From: Lama guanicoe
Lineage: Eukaryota
Direction of reading: 5' to 3'
Assembly: GCA_013239625.1 (NCBI GenBank)
Contig: MU053810.1
Location: forward strand, 2,863,518 to 2,927,517
DNA length: 64,000 nt
Part shown: positions 1-13,859 of the stretch, piece by piece
Numbering within the stretch: position 1 is the first letter of the stretch
Layout of the letters: every line of letters begins with the position of its first letter
The notes under the pieces: model-generated
The model's database searches: none
Seen by the model: only the letters and a program-made list of their open reading frames with translations
What the model was told of the DNA's origin: nothing
Translations under genes and position numbers: made by a program

Positions 1-214
1 ATGAGTGTATTCATCTTTTCAGTATTTTACAAGGCAAAATCTAATCTGGCAACATCAGGAGTAGTTATCAATCGATGTTTATCAATTTATCAATTAGCCT
101 CTTCGTTAAATCCTTTTTTGATTAGAGTTAACACTGAGAAGCAGCTCCATTCTTAATCACTACTGTCAAATTCATCCAGCCTTTAACAGTATCTTCACCA
201 GCCTCTGTGTGTTT

Positions 215-685
215 CACATGTACTATAATGCCAATATAATAAAATTAATATGACATTGGCATATGAATACACAAATTCCTAGAAGAGAATAGACAATCCA
301 TAAATATTTCAATTCAGTGGGAAAAGGATCTAATAATACTGGCACAAATGAATATCCTTTTGAAAGAAAATTGGAAACAGCCTTACAACATATATATATA
401 TATAAAATCCTAGTTGGATAAGAGACTTGACTTTAAAACTCTTCCAAAAATAAACCTAAAAAACTATCTGTACTATTTAAAGGAAGAGGAAATCTTAACT
501 AAGACTGAAAACCCAGATGCCATAAAAAGATATAAGAATAAACAAATCGAGAGAAATAACAGATTTAGAAAGATCACCTACAATTCAGAGTAGAAAAAGA
601 AAACTGATACATAGAATACATAAAGAGATCTTATAAACTGACAAGATGATAAGTAGCCCAACAGAAAAAATGGCCAAAAAATAAT
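215..685 (+). mobile_element. Old degraded L1 ORF2 3' fragment
   Basis: A-rich sequence with L1-like blocks, e.g. agaatacataaagagatcttataaact...agcccaacagaaaaaatggccaaa. Confidence 0.6.
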
Positions 686-706
686 GTACGTTAATATAGT
701 AATTAT

Positions 707-1162
707 TGTTGGTGTTGTGATATCATGTACACATACACACCGTATGCGGAGAGAGCTGATGGCTACTCTGTTGACTGATTTTTGTAAAAGGGTTTATATA
801 GGACATGCATGATGCCTCACATACCATCTAAGTTATAACAATTAATCTTAAGCCATTTAGGTTCCTAGGCTCCAGGTTCCCAGGCTCCTGCAGTAAGCAC
901 AGGATGTTACATGATCAAGGACAGATTGTTTTAAAGTTTGTCACAAAACTTCATTAAGTAGGCCATCTCTTACCCAGCCGGCCATGCCTGTCTTAGGTTG
1001 TCCTCCTCTGAGGATCTTACCCGTTCATTGGCTATCCAGCCGTCCATACTGGATACATTAAATAGGCCATCTCTTATCCAGCCAGCTACGTGACATTTCT
1101 CCCAGCTTGTTTATCAGTTCAGCCATGGCTTATTCTCTAGAGCCTTCAGGCGGGGGCCTACA
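707..1162 (-). mobile_element. Solo ERV LTR (456 bp) with 5-bp target-site duplication
   Basis: TG...CA termini; ATTAT on both sides (702-706, 1163-1167); minus-strand TATA (CCTATATAAACCC, ~790-802) and CCAAT (~1028-1032); internal U3-type repeat taggccatctctta(c/t)ccagcc at ~959 and ~1063. Confidence 0.82.
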
Positions 1163-1167
1163 ATTAT

Positions 1168-1632
1168 GTGCTGGAGAGGGTGTGGAAAAAAGGGAACCCT
1201 CCTACACTGTTGGTGGGAATGTAGTTTGGTGCAGCCATTATGGAAAACAGTATGGAGAGTCCTCAAAAACTAAAAACAGACTTACCATTTGATCTAGCAA
1301 TCACACTCCTGGGCATATATCCAGAGGGAACTTTAATTCGAAAGGATACATGCACCCCAATTTTCCTAGCAGCACTGTTTACAATAGCCAAGATATGACA
1401 ACAACCTAAATGCCCATCGATAAGATGAATGGATAAAGAAGTTGTGGTATATTTATACAATGGAATACTACTCAGCCATTAAAATGAATAAAACAATGCA
1501 ATTTGCAACAACATGGATGGACATAGAGATTGTCATTCTAAGTGAAGTAAGCCAGAAAGAGAAAGACAAACATCATATGATGTCACTCATATACGGAATC
1601 TAAAAAAAAGAAAAAAAAGAGGACACTAATGA
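1168..1632 (+). mobile_element. Relatively young L1, ORF2 C-terminus and start of 3' UTR
   Basis: tgctggagagggtgtggaaaaaagggaaccctcctacactgttggtgggaatg...caatggaatactactcagcc; ORF track peptide [18 protein letters not shown]. Confidence 0.92.
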
Positions 1633-1699
1633 ATAGTCATATTCAGAGAGGTCATCTTCAGGGCAGTCATAAGAGAACTGAAGCAAAGAGATTCTGAAA

Positions 1700-4600
1700 A
1701 TTTTAAAAACGAAAAGAAAAAAAGCAGGAGTAGCTACATTACTATTAGGTAGACTTCAGAGTAAAAAAAAAAAAAAAAAAAACAAAAAAAGCCAGGGACA
1801 GAGAGGGACATTACATAATGATAAAACAAGGTCAATTCATCAAGAAGATATAGTGGTCTTCAATTTGTGTCTATGTACCAAATAACAAAGCTGCAAAATA
1901 TGTGACGCAAAAAATGAGGGAAATGAAAGGGGAAACAGACAAATTAACAACCACTATCAAAGACTTCAACATCCCTCTCTCAACAATTGACAGGATAACT
2001 AAACAGAAAATCAGCAAAGATATAGAACCTAACAATACCCTCAACCAACAGGATCTAATTTCTATTTTCAGAATATTCCAAAAGCAGCAGAATACACATT
2101 CTTTTCAAATGCCCATTAAATATATACCAAGATAGACTACATCCTGGATCATAAACACATCTCAAGAAATTTAAATGAACTGAAATCATAGAGTTGGTTT
2201 TCTGATGAAAAGGGAATCAAACTAGAAATCAGTAACAGAAAGATAGCAGGAAAATCCCCAAACATGTCGAAACTAAACAACATACTTCTAAATAATCCAT
2301 GTATCAAAAAAGGAAATCTCAAGGAAAAAAAAAAACTGAACTTAATCAAATTAAAATATATTGAAATATGTGACACAGAAACAGTGCTGAGTGAAATGTA
2401 TAACATTAAAAGCTTGCATCAGAAAAGATGAAAACCCTCAAGTTAGTAATCTAAAAAAAAAGCCAAATGCAAGCAGAAAGTAGAAAACAATAAAAATAGA
2501 ACAAAAATCAATGAAGTTGAAAACAAAAGCAATACAGAAAATCAATGAAACAAGGAATTGGTTCTTTGAAAAGATCAGTAAGACTGACAAACATCTGGCA
2601 AAACTGATTAAAAAAGTGAGGAAACAAGTTACCAATATTTTAGCACTGAAACAGGAGAAATCACCATAGGACATGCAGATGTCAAAAGGATAATAAATGA
2701 ACAACTCTACACACATAAATTTGATAATTTAGATGAAGCTGACCAATTGCTTGCAAAATACAAACTACCTCAACTCACTCATTATTCAGTGTAATACATA
2801 TGTGGTATAGGTATTTAAACAGCCTTGTAATTATAAAGAATATTTAATTTGTACTTTAAAAACTGCCAAAAAAGAAATATCCAAGCTCAGATGGTTTCAC
2901 TAGAGAATTCTACCAAATATTTGAAGAATTAACACCAATTCTATACATTCTCTTTCAGAAAATAGAATACTTCTCAATTCATTATATGGTGGTAGTATTA
3001 TCCTGATACCAAAATCATATTAACAGTACAAAAAGAGAAAACTAGAGACCAATATCTCTCATGAATATAGATACAAAAATCCTTAAAATATTTGCAAAGA
3101 GAATTCAACAATATATAAAAGGGATTATGCACCATGATGGTATTTACTGCAGGGATGCAAGTCTGGTTCAATATTCAAAATTCAATCAGTGTAACCCACC
3201 AAATTAACAGGCCAAAGAAGAAAGGTCACATGATCATATTATTGATGAAAAAAATTTAACAAAATTCAACATTAGTCATGATTAAAAACTCAAAACTAGG
3301 AATGGAGGGAAACTTCCTCAACTTCAAACAGAACATCTACAAAAACCCTACAGGTAACATCATACTTAATGGTACAATAATAAAGCTTTCCCCCTGAGGT
3401 TTTTAACAAGAGGAAGGATGCCCTCTCTCCCTACTTCTGGTCAACAAAGACCTGCAAATGCTAGCTAGCAAAATATGGCATGAAAAGGAAATAAAATGCA
3501 TACCAATTGGAAAGGGAAAAAAATTATCCCTATTGTCATATGACATGACTATCTATATAGAAATGCAAGGAATCTATGTAACAACTCCTAGGACTAGTAA
3601 GTAAACCCAAAAAGGTTGCAGGATACAAGATCTACATACAAAAATCAACTGAATTTCTTTATTTAAAGTGAGTATTTGGAAACTGAAATTAAAAATGCAA
3701 TATCATTTACAATCACTCGAAATAAAAAACACTTAGATGTAAATTTACCAAGATAAATACATGATTTGTAAGCTAAAAACTACAAAACATTAAAGAAATT
3801 AGTGAACCTATAAACAAATGAAGTGATACACTCAACATAGTAAATAGGTCAATTCTCCCCAAATTGATAGACAAGTTTAACATAATTCCTATCAAAATTC
3901 CAGCAAGATTTTTTTAATAGACATACACAAGATTACTCTAAAATTTATCTGGAAAGGCAAAGGAACTAGGATAGACAAAACATTTTGAAAAAAGAAAATG
4001 GGAAGAATCACTCTACCTGATTTTAAGACTTATTGTAGAGCTGCAATAAACAAGGCTTCACATTGACAGAGGGATAGAAATGTAGACCAATGGAACAGAA
4101 CAGAAAAGCTAGAATAAACCCTACATAAGTGAGGCCAACTGATTTTTGACAAAAGTGCAAAAACAATTCAATGGAGGAAGAATAGTTAAAAAAAAACAAC
4201 AACACTGAATATCCATAAGCAAAAAACAAAAACAAAAACCCAAACAAACAAACAAAAACCTTTAAACCTAAACCTCACACCTTACAGAAAAATTAAGTTA
4301 ACATGGATCATAGATTTAAATGTGAAATTATAAAAATTTTAGAACAAAACATAGAAAAATTTTAGAAACTACGGCTTGGTGATGAGCTCTGATATAGTAT
4401 CAAAAGCACAACACATAAAAAACAATTAATTGGACTTCATTAGAATTAAAAATTTTTATCTCTGTGAAAGACTCAAGAGAATGAAAAGACAAGCTACATA
4501 TTGGGAGAACATATTTGTGAACCACATATCTGAAAGAGGAATTATATATAGAACATATATATATAAAGAACTCTTAAAAATTCAATAGTGAAAAAAAGGT

Positions 4601-5542
4601 CCAAATAGAAAATAGGCCAAAGGCATGAAGAAAGATTTTACCACAGAGGATACACACATGACAAATAATGAAAAACCATGAAAGATGTTTCAATATCACT
4701 ATCCACTAGGGAAATGCAAATTAAGACTATGGTGAGATATCTTTACACACCCATCAGAACAGCTAAAATAAAAAATAATTAGAATGCCAAATTCTGGTCA
4801 GGATGCAAAGAGACTGAATCTCTCATACATTGCTGGTAGGAGTATAAAATGATACAGAAACTATGGAAAATAATTTGCCAATTTCTTAAAACTCTCAATA
4901 TAAACTTATCATATGGCCCAGCAACTGCACTTCTGGGTTCACACAAAAATTTTTGTATGACTGTTCAAAGCAGCCTTATTTCTGACAAATACAAAAACTA
5001 AAATGTCCTACAATAGGTGAATGGTTAAACAAACTGTGGTATATCCATACCATGGAATATTATGCATTAATAATTACTGACACATGGAACAACTTGGATG
5101 AATCTCAAAGGTACTACAAGCGAAAAAAGTCAGTGTCAAAAAAAAAAAAGTCAGTGTCAAAAGGTCATATACTATATGATTCTCAAATTCACACCCTCTA
5201 AATCATACAGTGAAAATGACAAAGTTGGACAGATGAAAAGTAACTTAGTAATTGCCAGGTATTAGTGGTAATGGTGGAATGACAGAAGGTGATGGGTGTG
5301 GCCATAAAGGGCATAGTGGTTGATTGGGGTGGTGGTTACACTAATACATGCATGTGATAAAATGGCAGAGAACTATACACAGATCTTCTATCAATGTCAG
5401 TTTCCTAGTTTTGATATTATACTATAGTTATGTAAGGTAACCAAATGGGGTAAACTAAGAAGGGTACATGGGACCTCTCAGTACTATCTTTGCAACTTCC
5501 TATGAATCTATAATTATTTCAAAGTAAAAAGTTAAATAAAAA
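1700..5542 (+). mobile_element. Old L1 (L1MC/L1MD-type), decayed ORF2 to 3' end
   Basis: Endonuclease remnants (DFNIPLSTIDR), RT-region blocks, 3' end ...gggtacatgggacctctcagtactatctttgcaacttcctatgaatctataattatttcaaagtaaaaagtt. Confidence 0.9.
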
Positions 5543-5549
5543 GGCAGTA

Positions 5550-6722
5550 ATTCAACAAATGGTGCTGGGAAAAGTGGATACCACTGAAACTGAAAATAAA
5601 GAAATTGGACCCTTACCCACACCATATACAAAAATTAACTCAAAATGGATAAATGGCCTAAGTGTAAGACCTAAAACTCGAAAAGTCTTCCAAGAAAATA
5701 TAGGACAAAAACGTCATAACACTGGATTTGGCAATGATTTCTTTGATGTAACACCAAAGGCATAGGCAATGAAAGAAAAAATAGACAAATTAGACTTCAT
5801 TACAATTTTAAAAATTGTGTGCCTCAAAAGACAGTATCAACAGAGTACAAAGGCAACCCATTAAATGGGAGAAAATATTTATAAAGCATCTATCTGATAA
5901 GGAATAATATACAGCATGTATAAAAAAACTCCTAAACCTCAACAACAACAAAAAATCTGATTCAAAACTGGGTATAGGAGTTGAATAGTCATTTCTCCAA
6001 GGAAACACCCATTAGGATGGCTACAAGGAAAAGAACCCGGAAAATAACAAGTATTGGCAAGGAAATGGAGACACCGGAACCTTTTGTGCACTGTATGTGG
6101 GAATGTAAATGGTACAGTGTTATGGAAAAAAGTACAGAAATGCTTAAAAAAAGTAAAACTAGAATTATATGATCCTACAGTTCCACTCCTGGGTATATAT
6201 ATCCAAAAGAACTGAAACCAGGGACTTAAACAGGTATTTGTACCCCCAAATTCATAGCAGAATTATTCACAATAGCTAAAAGGTAGAAGCAACCCAAGTG
6301 TTCTCTGACAGATGAACAGATAAACAAAATGTAGTGTACATATACAATGGAATATTATTCACCCTTAAAAAGGAATTCTGACATATGCCATATGACTCTT
6401 GAGTACATTAAGCTAAGTGAAATGAGCCAATAACAAAAAGACAAATTCCGTATGATTAGACTTTCATGAGATATTTAGAGTAGTCAAAATCATAGAGACA
6501 GAAAGTGGAATGGTGGTTGCCACAGGATGGGTGGAGGTGAGAATGGGGAGCTACTATTTAATGGGTAACAGAGTTTCAGTTTTACAAGATGAAAAGAGCT
6601 ATGGGAGATGGACGGGGTAATGGTTGCACATTATGAATATATTTAATACCACTGAACTCTGCTGCACTTAAAAATGGTTAAGATGGTACATTTTGTTACG
6701 TGTATTTCACCACAATAAAAAT
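5550..6722 (+). mobile_element. L1MB-type 3' fragment
   Basis: ttcaacaaatggtgctggg...PYTKINSKWI; 3' end aaaaatggttaagatggtacattttgttacgtgtatttcaccacaataaaa. Confidence 0.9.
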
Positions 6723-7029
6723 TGAGGGGATAAACAACACAGTGGGTTTATTGTAGCAATCATGAAAAAAGGGGGAAAAATCCTAATATTAGGTACTTAT
6801 GGCTTAGGATAAAATTTCCACTTACAGTATCATATGGAATCAAAAAAGATCGTATCTCATTATATATAGAAATAAAAACGATATACTCTTAACTAAGTAA
6901 GCTGTGCTGATCACTCAAAAAGTAGTTTTATTGATAACAAAGATCCTCTTGTCAAAAATGTTGCTAAAGAGTTTTAATAAACTGCTCTAAGAATTATGAA
7001 GTAGAAAAGAGTAATACAGTATTTCTAAA

Positions 7030-7155
7030 TGCATTAATTCACTCAGTAAATATTTACCGAGGGGCTACCAAATGCCTGGCATTGTTCTAGGTGCTCGGGT
7101 TACACAGCCGTAAACAAGAGAGACCAAAGTACCTGACTTCGTGGATCTTACAAAC
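7030..7155 (-). mobile_element. L2 3' end fragment
   Basis: attcactcagtaaatatttaccgag...tgcctggcattgttctaggtgct. Confidence 0.7.
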
Positions 7156-9938
7156 TGACACATTACGTTCTGTAACAGAGTAACATTAAGTTCATTAAGT
7201 AACACTGAGTAGGTACTCATTGCCAAATTAGTAAGTAAAATTTTAGTTGAAATTTGACTAGTTAATCTATAGGCATAAACGTTATATATATTAAATTGGA
7301 TAAAATCTTTTTTGAATCATTTCAGTGGGAAAACTGAGACAACATTATATTTAAGCATCATAGCATTATGATTTGACATAATGAGGGAACTGTAAATTTA
7401 TATTTGAGCTATACGATTTTTCAAATTCATATTCCATTGTTACTAGAGCAAAGTACTGAGGAAATAATACCATTTAGATATTCTTTGCTACATATAAACT
7501 CTTGGGACTAGGGCTCCTATTAGGTTTTGCTATATATTTACTATATACATATGTCTACTTACAATATGGTTCTTAAGTGAAGGCAGAGTTTCTATTTGGT
7601 CTTGTTTCCAAATGTACTGGAGCAGTGATTTGCCAAATGCTTTTCATCAATTATCTCAGAGTAATCGCCCAGCAATGAGCACCCTGTTACCCAAGGAAAA
7701 CTGTTCTAACCCATCGTGGTTACATCTACCTTGTCTCCTTTGTCCTCTTCCACACCAACCCCTGAATCAACTTACAGATCAGCACTAGCATCTCCTTTCC
7801 TCCTGAACCTGAGTCTTCTAGAAAACCAGTCTTCCACTACCTTGGGGAAGGTGAATGTTTCCCCAGCCTGTCACCCTAAAGAGGCATATTATGTCCACCA
7901 CCTTCTTACTGTCCCCTTGGCATCCCTACTTAGGCCCATCACCGAGGCATGGAGTGGGGACCACAAAAGAAGGAAAACATAATTAATGCCTGGAACGATT
8001 ATTTCCACAGGTAAAAAGGCAGCACTTGGTGGTGGGGTTTTGATTGCTTGATTTTGCTTTTGTTCTTAACACAGATAAGGTACAGAGAAAAAAGGGGAAA
8101 TAATTAAGTTTTCCTTCTACTCTTCCTCCTTCCTTCTGTCTTTAAATAATTTTAAACTTTACAATAAATTTCTTTATAAAATAAGTCATTTTTTCCCATT
8201 CATGATATAGGCTGTTTCATTACAGTACTTAGAACTTGCATCTATTGAATTAGATTAGAACTCACACAATTAGAGAATGTGTAAAAATATTAACACTGAA
8301 AAAATCTTATATTTATAAATATTCAACCTATTCAAACCTAAAACTGATTAAAAGTTTATAATAAAAAATAAATGCTCAAAAAATTTCCAAATAGATTATT
8401 ACATTTTTTTTGCATAAAGACTTCCCAGAAAAATGATATTTATTTTTAAGAAATCACCCTTTTTAGATTTCCTCCTCTAAAATACCATTTTAGTAAGATC
8501 ACCGCACCCTACTCAGTATAGCTCTAGTGCAGCCCTCGGCAGACACTGCAGAATCTCAGCGGTGAAGCAGATAGACTTGAGGGCAGATTAGCAATTAGGT
8601 CATGAAAAACAGGCAGCATAAAATAGCTATTGCTAATCTGCATGAGATGCATTTACTCAATTAAGCAGATGGAAATGTTATTATGAACTCAGTATTCCAA
8701 TGATGGTCTTTAAAATTAAGAAGGATAGGGGCAAATGAAATGCACACTGGGGGATTTGGGGACTTTATGTATTAATTCTAAAGTATACAGTGTAGAACAC
8801 TGTAATGAAGTTAACAAAATTAATTAAAAGATTCTTTGCATGTAACCATTAGAGACTACATTTAAAAATACATGACAGTTTCTGACGTTATTAACAGTAA
8901 TATGACTGTTCTTTAACATTCTTAATGTTGATACCATTACCTTTTCTAAATACACCACTGATCTTAAAACATGAGCAACGGAAGTCTTACTACTGAGACC
9001 TAGTAGGAGTATTATTTTTAATATATTTTCTGGTATTTATTTTCCTCATTTTGAGTTTCAAGAAATAAGTTAGTAATGAATTTTCAAACTTTTTAGAAGA
9101 CTATCACACATTTGCTGGCACACAGAGTTTTCAGATATTTACCTATTATAAAATTTGTGCTTCTTTACATACTATTTTTTTTTATTAAACAATAATAACA
9201 AAATAAGAGAATTTAAATCTGTTTGAGAATTGTTATCAAATTCTCAGGCAGAACAAAAGTCTTTGAACAATTTCGAAAAAGGGCTGTGAAAGCATGACTG
9301 TAAAAGCAATAAAATTAGTGTATTCATTCTGCCTCTACAGGTAAATTTTGGGTTGGTTTGTTCTTTCTCCTTTCTTGTAAAGGTGATTTTTTCCCCTTCT
9401 TTTTGATGAGTCTTAAAAGGCTTAGAAAATTTTTATGGAACAATTTGACTTAAAAATAACAAGTATATAAAAACTACATTTAGAGTTTCATTTATTCATT
9501 GATTTATTCAATTTAATTAAAACTATTTCAACAATTATTGTAACATCAACTTCTGTTTCAATCTTAGGTGTAATGTAACAGTAATAATCATTTGTCCACC
9601 CTTACTCTCCAACACACACATCAGTCGACCTTAATATGTAATCTTCTAACATCCTAAACTTTCCTCTCTTAAGCAGAAGTCTGCTTTAAACAATTATAGT
9701 TTGCCTGAATACTATTTTGTATTTGTAATTGTTGAAACTTTTTAAATTAAATTATGTGCTGTACAAGATAGGTTTTCATATGACACTTACTATGATTCAT
9801 GGTATTACATTAATTCATATATTTAGATATTCATCCATTTGTTAAACATTTACTGGGTGCCTGTATATTCAATGTTGCAGATACAAAGATGAAAAAGAAA
9901 CAGCCCCTGTTCTAAAGCTGCCCAGACACCTGAAGGAT

Positions 9939-10398
9939 ATAGAAGGCAAAAAAATGGCTCCCTAAACATGACCATGTTCTGATCCTCAGAACCTGGTAAT
10001 ATTTTACCTTACACAGCAAAAGTGTTTGCAGATGTGATTAAGGTTGAGCACCTTGAGATGGATTTCCCTGAATTATCTAAACTGGCCCGATCTAATCACA
10101 AGTCCTTAGAATTAGAGAATCTTTCCCAGTTATGATCAGACAGAGATGTAACTACAGAATAGTCAGAGAGATGAAACAATGCTGGCTCTGAAGAAAGAAG
10201 AAGGGGGCCATGATCCAAGGAATCTGGGAGACCCCCAGAAGCTGGAACAAGAATGCAGCCCCGCTTGGTAACCTTGATTTTAGCCCAGTGAGACTAACGT
10301 CAGACTTCTGACTCACACACAACTGTAAGATGATAAATTTGTGTTTAAGCCACTGAATTTGTGGCCAGTTGTTAGAGCAACATTAGAAAACTAATACT
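9939..10398 (+). mobile_element. MaLR LTR (MLT1D-like)
   Basis: ttgcagatgtgattaagg...gatggatttccctgaattatc...gattttagcccagtgagact...aactgtaagatgataaatttgtgtttaagccact...aaaactaatac. Confidence 0.88.
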
Positions 10399-10937
10399 GG
10401 GGTCATCTCGTCTAACGTGTTTTTTTGACAGAAAAGGAAACTAAATCCTCAGGGTCACACATTTAGGTAGTGGCAATGCACTGCTTGAGTTGGAGAGAAC
10501 TTAATTCTTCTCTCTTCTCAAACCATGATCTGGCGTCCGGGTAACAGCAGAAAGCCAGACTTTCAGTTTATGAAGGGAAACAGCTATCACCATTTTTCTA
10601 TACATTGAAAGTGTGAATTGACTGTGTGGTACACTAATACCACAGCTGCTCTTTTTCAGCTTGGTTTGGCTAAGTTATTTCTATGGGCTGCAGGAATAGC
10701 TCTTCCCATACACCCTCAAAAGCACACAAGTCATTTTGTAAACTGTGTATTTATATATGTTTATAGGCATTAAGCAAAAATGTCTGGGTAAAAATGGTGT
10801 TTGTACTGTCTTCTGTGCCCAGACTGGCACCATGCACACCATTCACTTCTCTAGGAATCCGGGTAGGTGGAGGGGAATGAAATTTGAACCCAAAACATTC
10901 ACATTTGGAATTCGTAAAAGAATAGACGTCACCTCCA

Positions 10938-11200
10938 CGAATTCAGTCAACAATTACCTATTGATCACCTACTATGTGCCAGGGACTCATTAATGTCCTC
11001 ATACAGACATAACAGTGAACAAAACAATTAAAGTCCCTACCCTCAAGAAACTTCCTTTCTATTAGGGGAACCAGACAACTAACAAAATTAATTTATAAAT
11101 TAATGCTAAGTAGTGTTAAATGTTCTGAATAAAAATAAAGCAACATAAAGAGACAGAGTATATCTGTGTGGGAAAGAGGCAGGAATAGAAAATTAGACAA
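10938..11200 (-). mobile_element. L2 fragment
   Basis: attcagtcaacaattacctattgatcacctactatgtgccagg...acagtgaacaaaaca. Confidence 0.75.
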
Positions 11201-11767
11201 AAAGACCAGGGTTGGGAAAATGCCTTCCTTAATAGTTTGCTCGACTCTTCCTAAAATCAGCAAGAACTGTCTTTAATATTCACTGAAAGACTTCAAACAT
11301 ACTGATACTTTAGTCAAGGTGTTTCATACTATATAACAATAATACAAATGAAACAAAGACTTTTAAAACAAAAAACGTTGACATTTTCAGGTTCCCCGTT
11401 TACTACTATAATATTTCAAGCTGTGATCAACAGGATAGACTCAACACTAAATACCAATAATGACTGCTGCACTGGAGTATTTTAGGACTTTCCCAACTTT
11501 GGGTGCCTCCCAGACTAAAGGAACTATGTGGAACTACATGACCCATTTTAATTTTATCCCCTCTTCTGATATTGAGCTGTGTGTGCTTCAGAAATTACTA
11601 ATACAGTACAGTCCACATATAATACATTAAGTACCAGTAACTGTTTAGAAAGTAGCAAAGAAAGCACAGAAAATTTAATGACTGCTGAATTTAAGGGAAA
11701 AATCCAAATTCAAATAATCAGTTTTATATAATACAGTTAATATAGTAAGGCAACATTTAAAACTCAC

Positions 11768-11858
11768 TTTGAAGTGTTTCAAGTTCAGCTCTAGTCAATG
11801 CATCTTCCTTTTCCTTCAATCTTGTTTCTTTAAATTTGGCATAAAACTGACCAGCATC
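11768..11858 (-). CDS. DNAJC1: DNAJC1 exon 7 (91 nt, phase 0-1)
   Basis: DAGQFYAKFKETRLKEKEDALTRAELETLQ; acceptor TTTTTGCAG|GAT, donor AAA|GTGAGT. Confidence 0.97.
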
Positions 11859-12679
11859 CTGCAAAAAGAAGTTACAAATAAATTAACATAAAAGTCAGTT
11901 TGCTTTGATGGTATTTTCCATGTAACTTCAACTGAAAGTGGTATATTCATTTAGCAAGTAGTCTTCCTTTGTGGTTATGTTTTCACATTTTATGACAAGC
12001 AGAAGAAACTGAATAAGCAGTTCTTTGTGATTTTTCTCTTAGAGAACTAATGAAAGCCAGAAATTACATATAAATATAAGTAAAGTCTTTTCTTTCAGAT
12101 ACATGAGGGAGGCATCTTCTCCCTGTTTTCTTCTATTGTGTATTTTCTCAATATTCTGTACGGACAGAGAGCAGAAAAACACACTTGCTGAACTGAACTG
12201 GATTATTTGGTAGCACAGTAAATTATATTATTGTGACTAACAAAGCACTAACACTGTTTTCATATTAGTCCCTTAACGCCAAAGGATTTTCAAAATCATT
12301 ATATGTAAATCTGATTATGAAACCTCTATGACCACATAGATACAAGTGGAAGCTGTCATTCTTCCACCGCACTTAGACACCAGTTCCTACCACAGAGAGG
12401 TGAGGGTTGAGGACACATACTGTGCATCAGACACTGAAGTGTCAAGATACAGAGGCTAGTCTCAAGGAGTAGCGTTTAGGATAGGTAAGACTTTCGCAGA
12501 GTGCAGAAAAAAGACTAAGCCTTCAACAATTACAGACATGGGAAGAAACAAGTTGGTGCTCTAGGCATATCAAGAGCCTGACACTGAAAAAAGCAAAAAT
12601 GGATCATTTTCCACCACCCCTTGACTCAAATTTCATCTGTTCTATAGCAATACTACTTGTAGCTGCCAGGCTACACCAT

Positions 12680-13012
12680 GCTATGCTTTCATGTCTCTCT
12701 GTAATGCTTTGCCTTCTAGCTGGAATATTCTGCTCCCCTACCATTATTCTGAAGAACTCTTACCCATCCTTGAAAACCGTACTCAAGCATCACCTGTTTT
12801 GTAAGTCTTTCTGACCTTCCTCGGCAAAGTAAATCTCTCCTGTATACTGCTTCTGTATTTAAATGGATTTCTGTGATTGCCTGTATCATGCTATATCCTG
12901 ACCTAGAAAATGAGAAATTTGAGATAGGAGTAATAGTATGCTCAGCACAGTATCTAGCATCGAGCAGGCACTCAATGAGTATTCACTGAACTGAACTAGA
13001 TTGAAATAAATG
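12680..13012 (+). mobile_element. L2 3' fragment
   Basis: cttacccatccttgaaaaccgtactcaagcatcacct...agcacagtatctagcatcgagcaggcactcaatgagtatt. Confidence 0.65.
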
Positions 13013-13859
13013 AGAAACCTTGTTAAAAAAGAAATAAGGGCTTGATGACTGACTGCTGTGGAATAAGAAAAAGAGGATAAATCTAAGGTAACATTCTCAC
13101 GTTGTAAGATTCCTAGGACAGAAAAATCATAGACCCATCTGAGTTTTATTTCTGCAGGAAACAAAGGAACAAAATCAATCCTTGGCTCTATCTCGATTCA
13201 GATGTAAATGCGTGAACACTTAAACCTCGGAATGGGATTCTCTCTTTTCATCTGCGATTGTCCAAAGAAAAGATTTCTCCTGGGGTCTGTGTCTCCTGGG
13301 GTTATATCAGAACTCTTCTACCTGATACTTAATTAGAGAAATCATAGGGCATTTCTAAAATCACTGAATAAGTATAATAAAGGTGTATCTCTTATTCTTT
13401 CCATTCTCACCTCATTTCTTCTAGAAGGTTCCCATACACCCTGGACCAGCTAAATGGTATAATTTGGAGGGTGCAGAAGTCATGCACCTGACTTACTCAT
13501 CCTCCCATGCCCTTATGTACTTTAAATTTCATCAGGGTTTAGGGTTAAGAATGTATGGCCTCTTAACATTCCTTGCACCCCTAAAACACTCAACCTCAGA
13601 ACAGTCTTATTTTACATTAAACCGTATCAGTCATTCATTCCTTGGTATGAATGAATGAGTGGGCTTATTAGCTTCTTTCCAGAGAGTGATTTTTAATAGT
13701 AGGGAAAAGGTCGGAAAGGCATTGCCTTCTTCAGGGAAATAACAAAGGCTGCACCGTGTAAGGAAAGAAGGGTACAGATAAGTTAGTGATGAGGCATGAA
13801 AGAAGGGAAACTGAAATCAGACACCACGGTATAGTAGAGTGAGACAGAAGAGTGATGGC

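Noticed and set aside
5123..5163. Short tandem duplication aaaaaagtcagtgtcaaaa
   Set aside because: Two copies only, inside an L1 3' UTR; local slippage or TSD-like event, not an array.
1107..6172. Several 60-92 aa ORFs in the track
   Set aside because: They are frameshifted L1 ORF2 remnants or their antisense frames, not host genes.
8499..8641. H/ACA snoRNA interpretation of the double hairpin
   Set aside because: No ANANNA hinge box or correctly placed terminal ACA on the host-sense strand.
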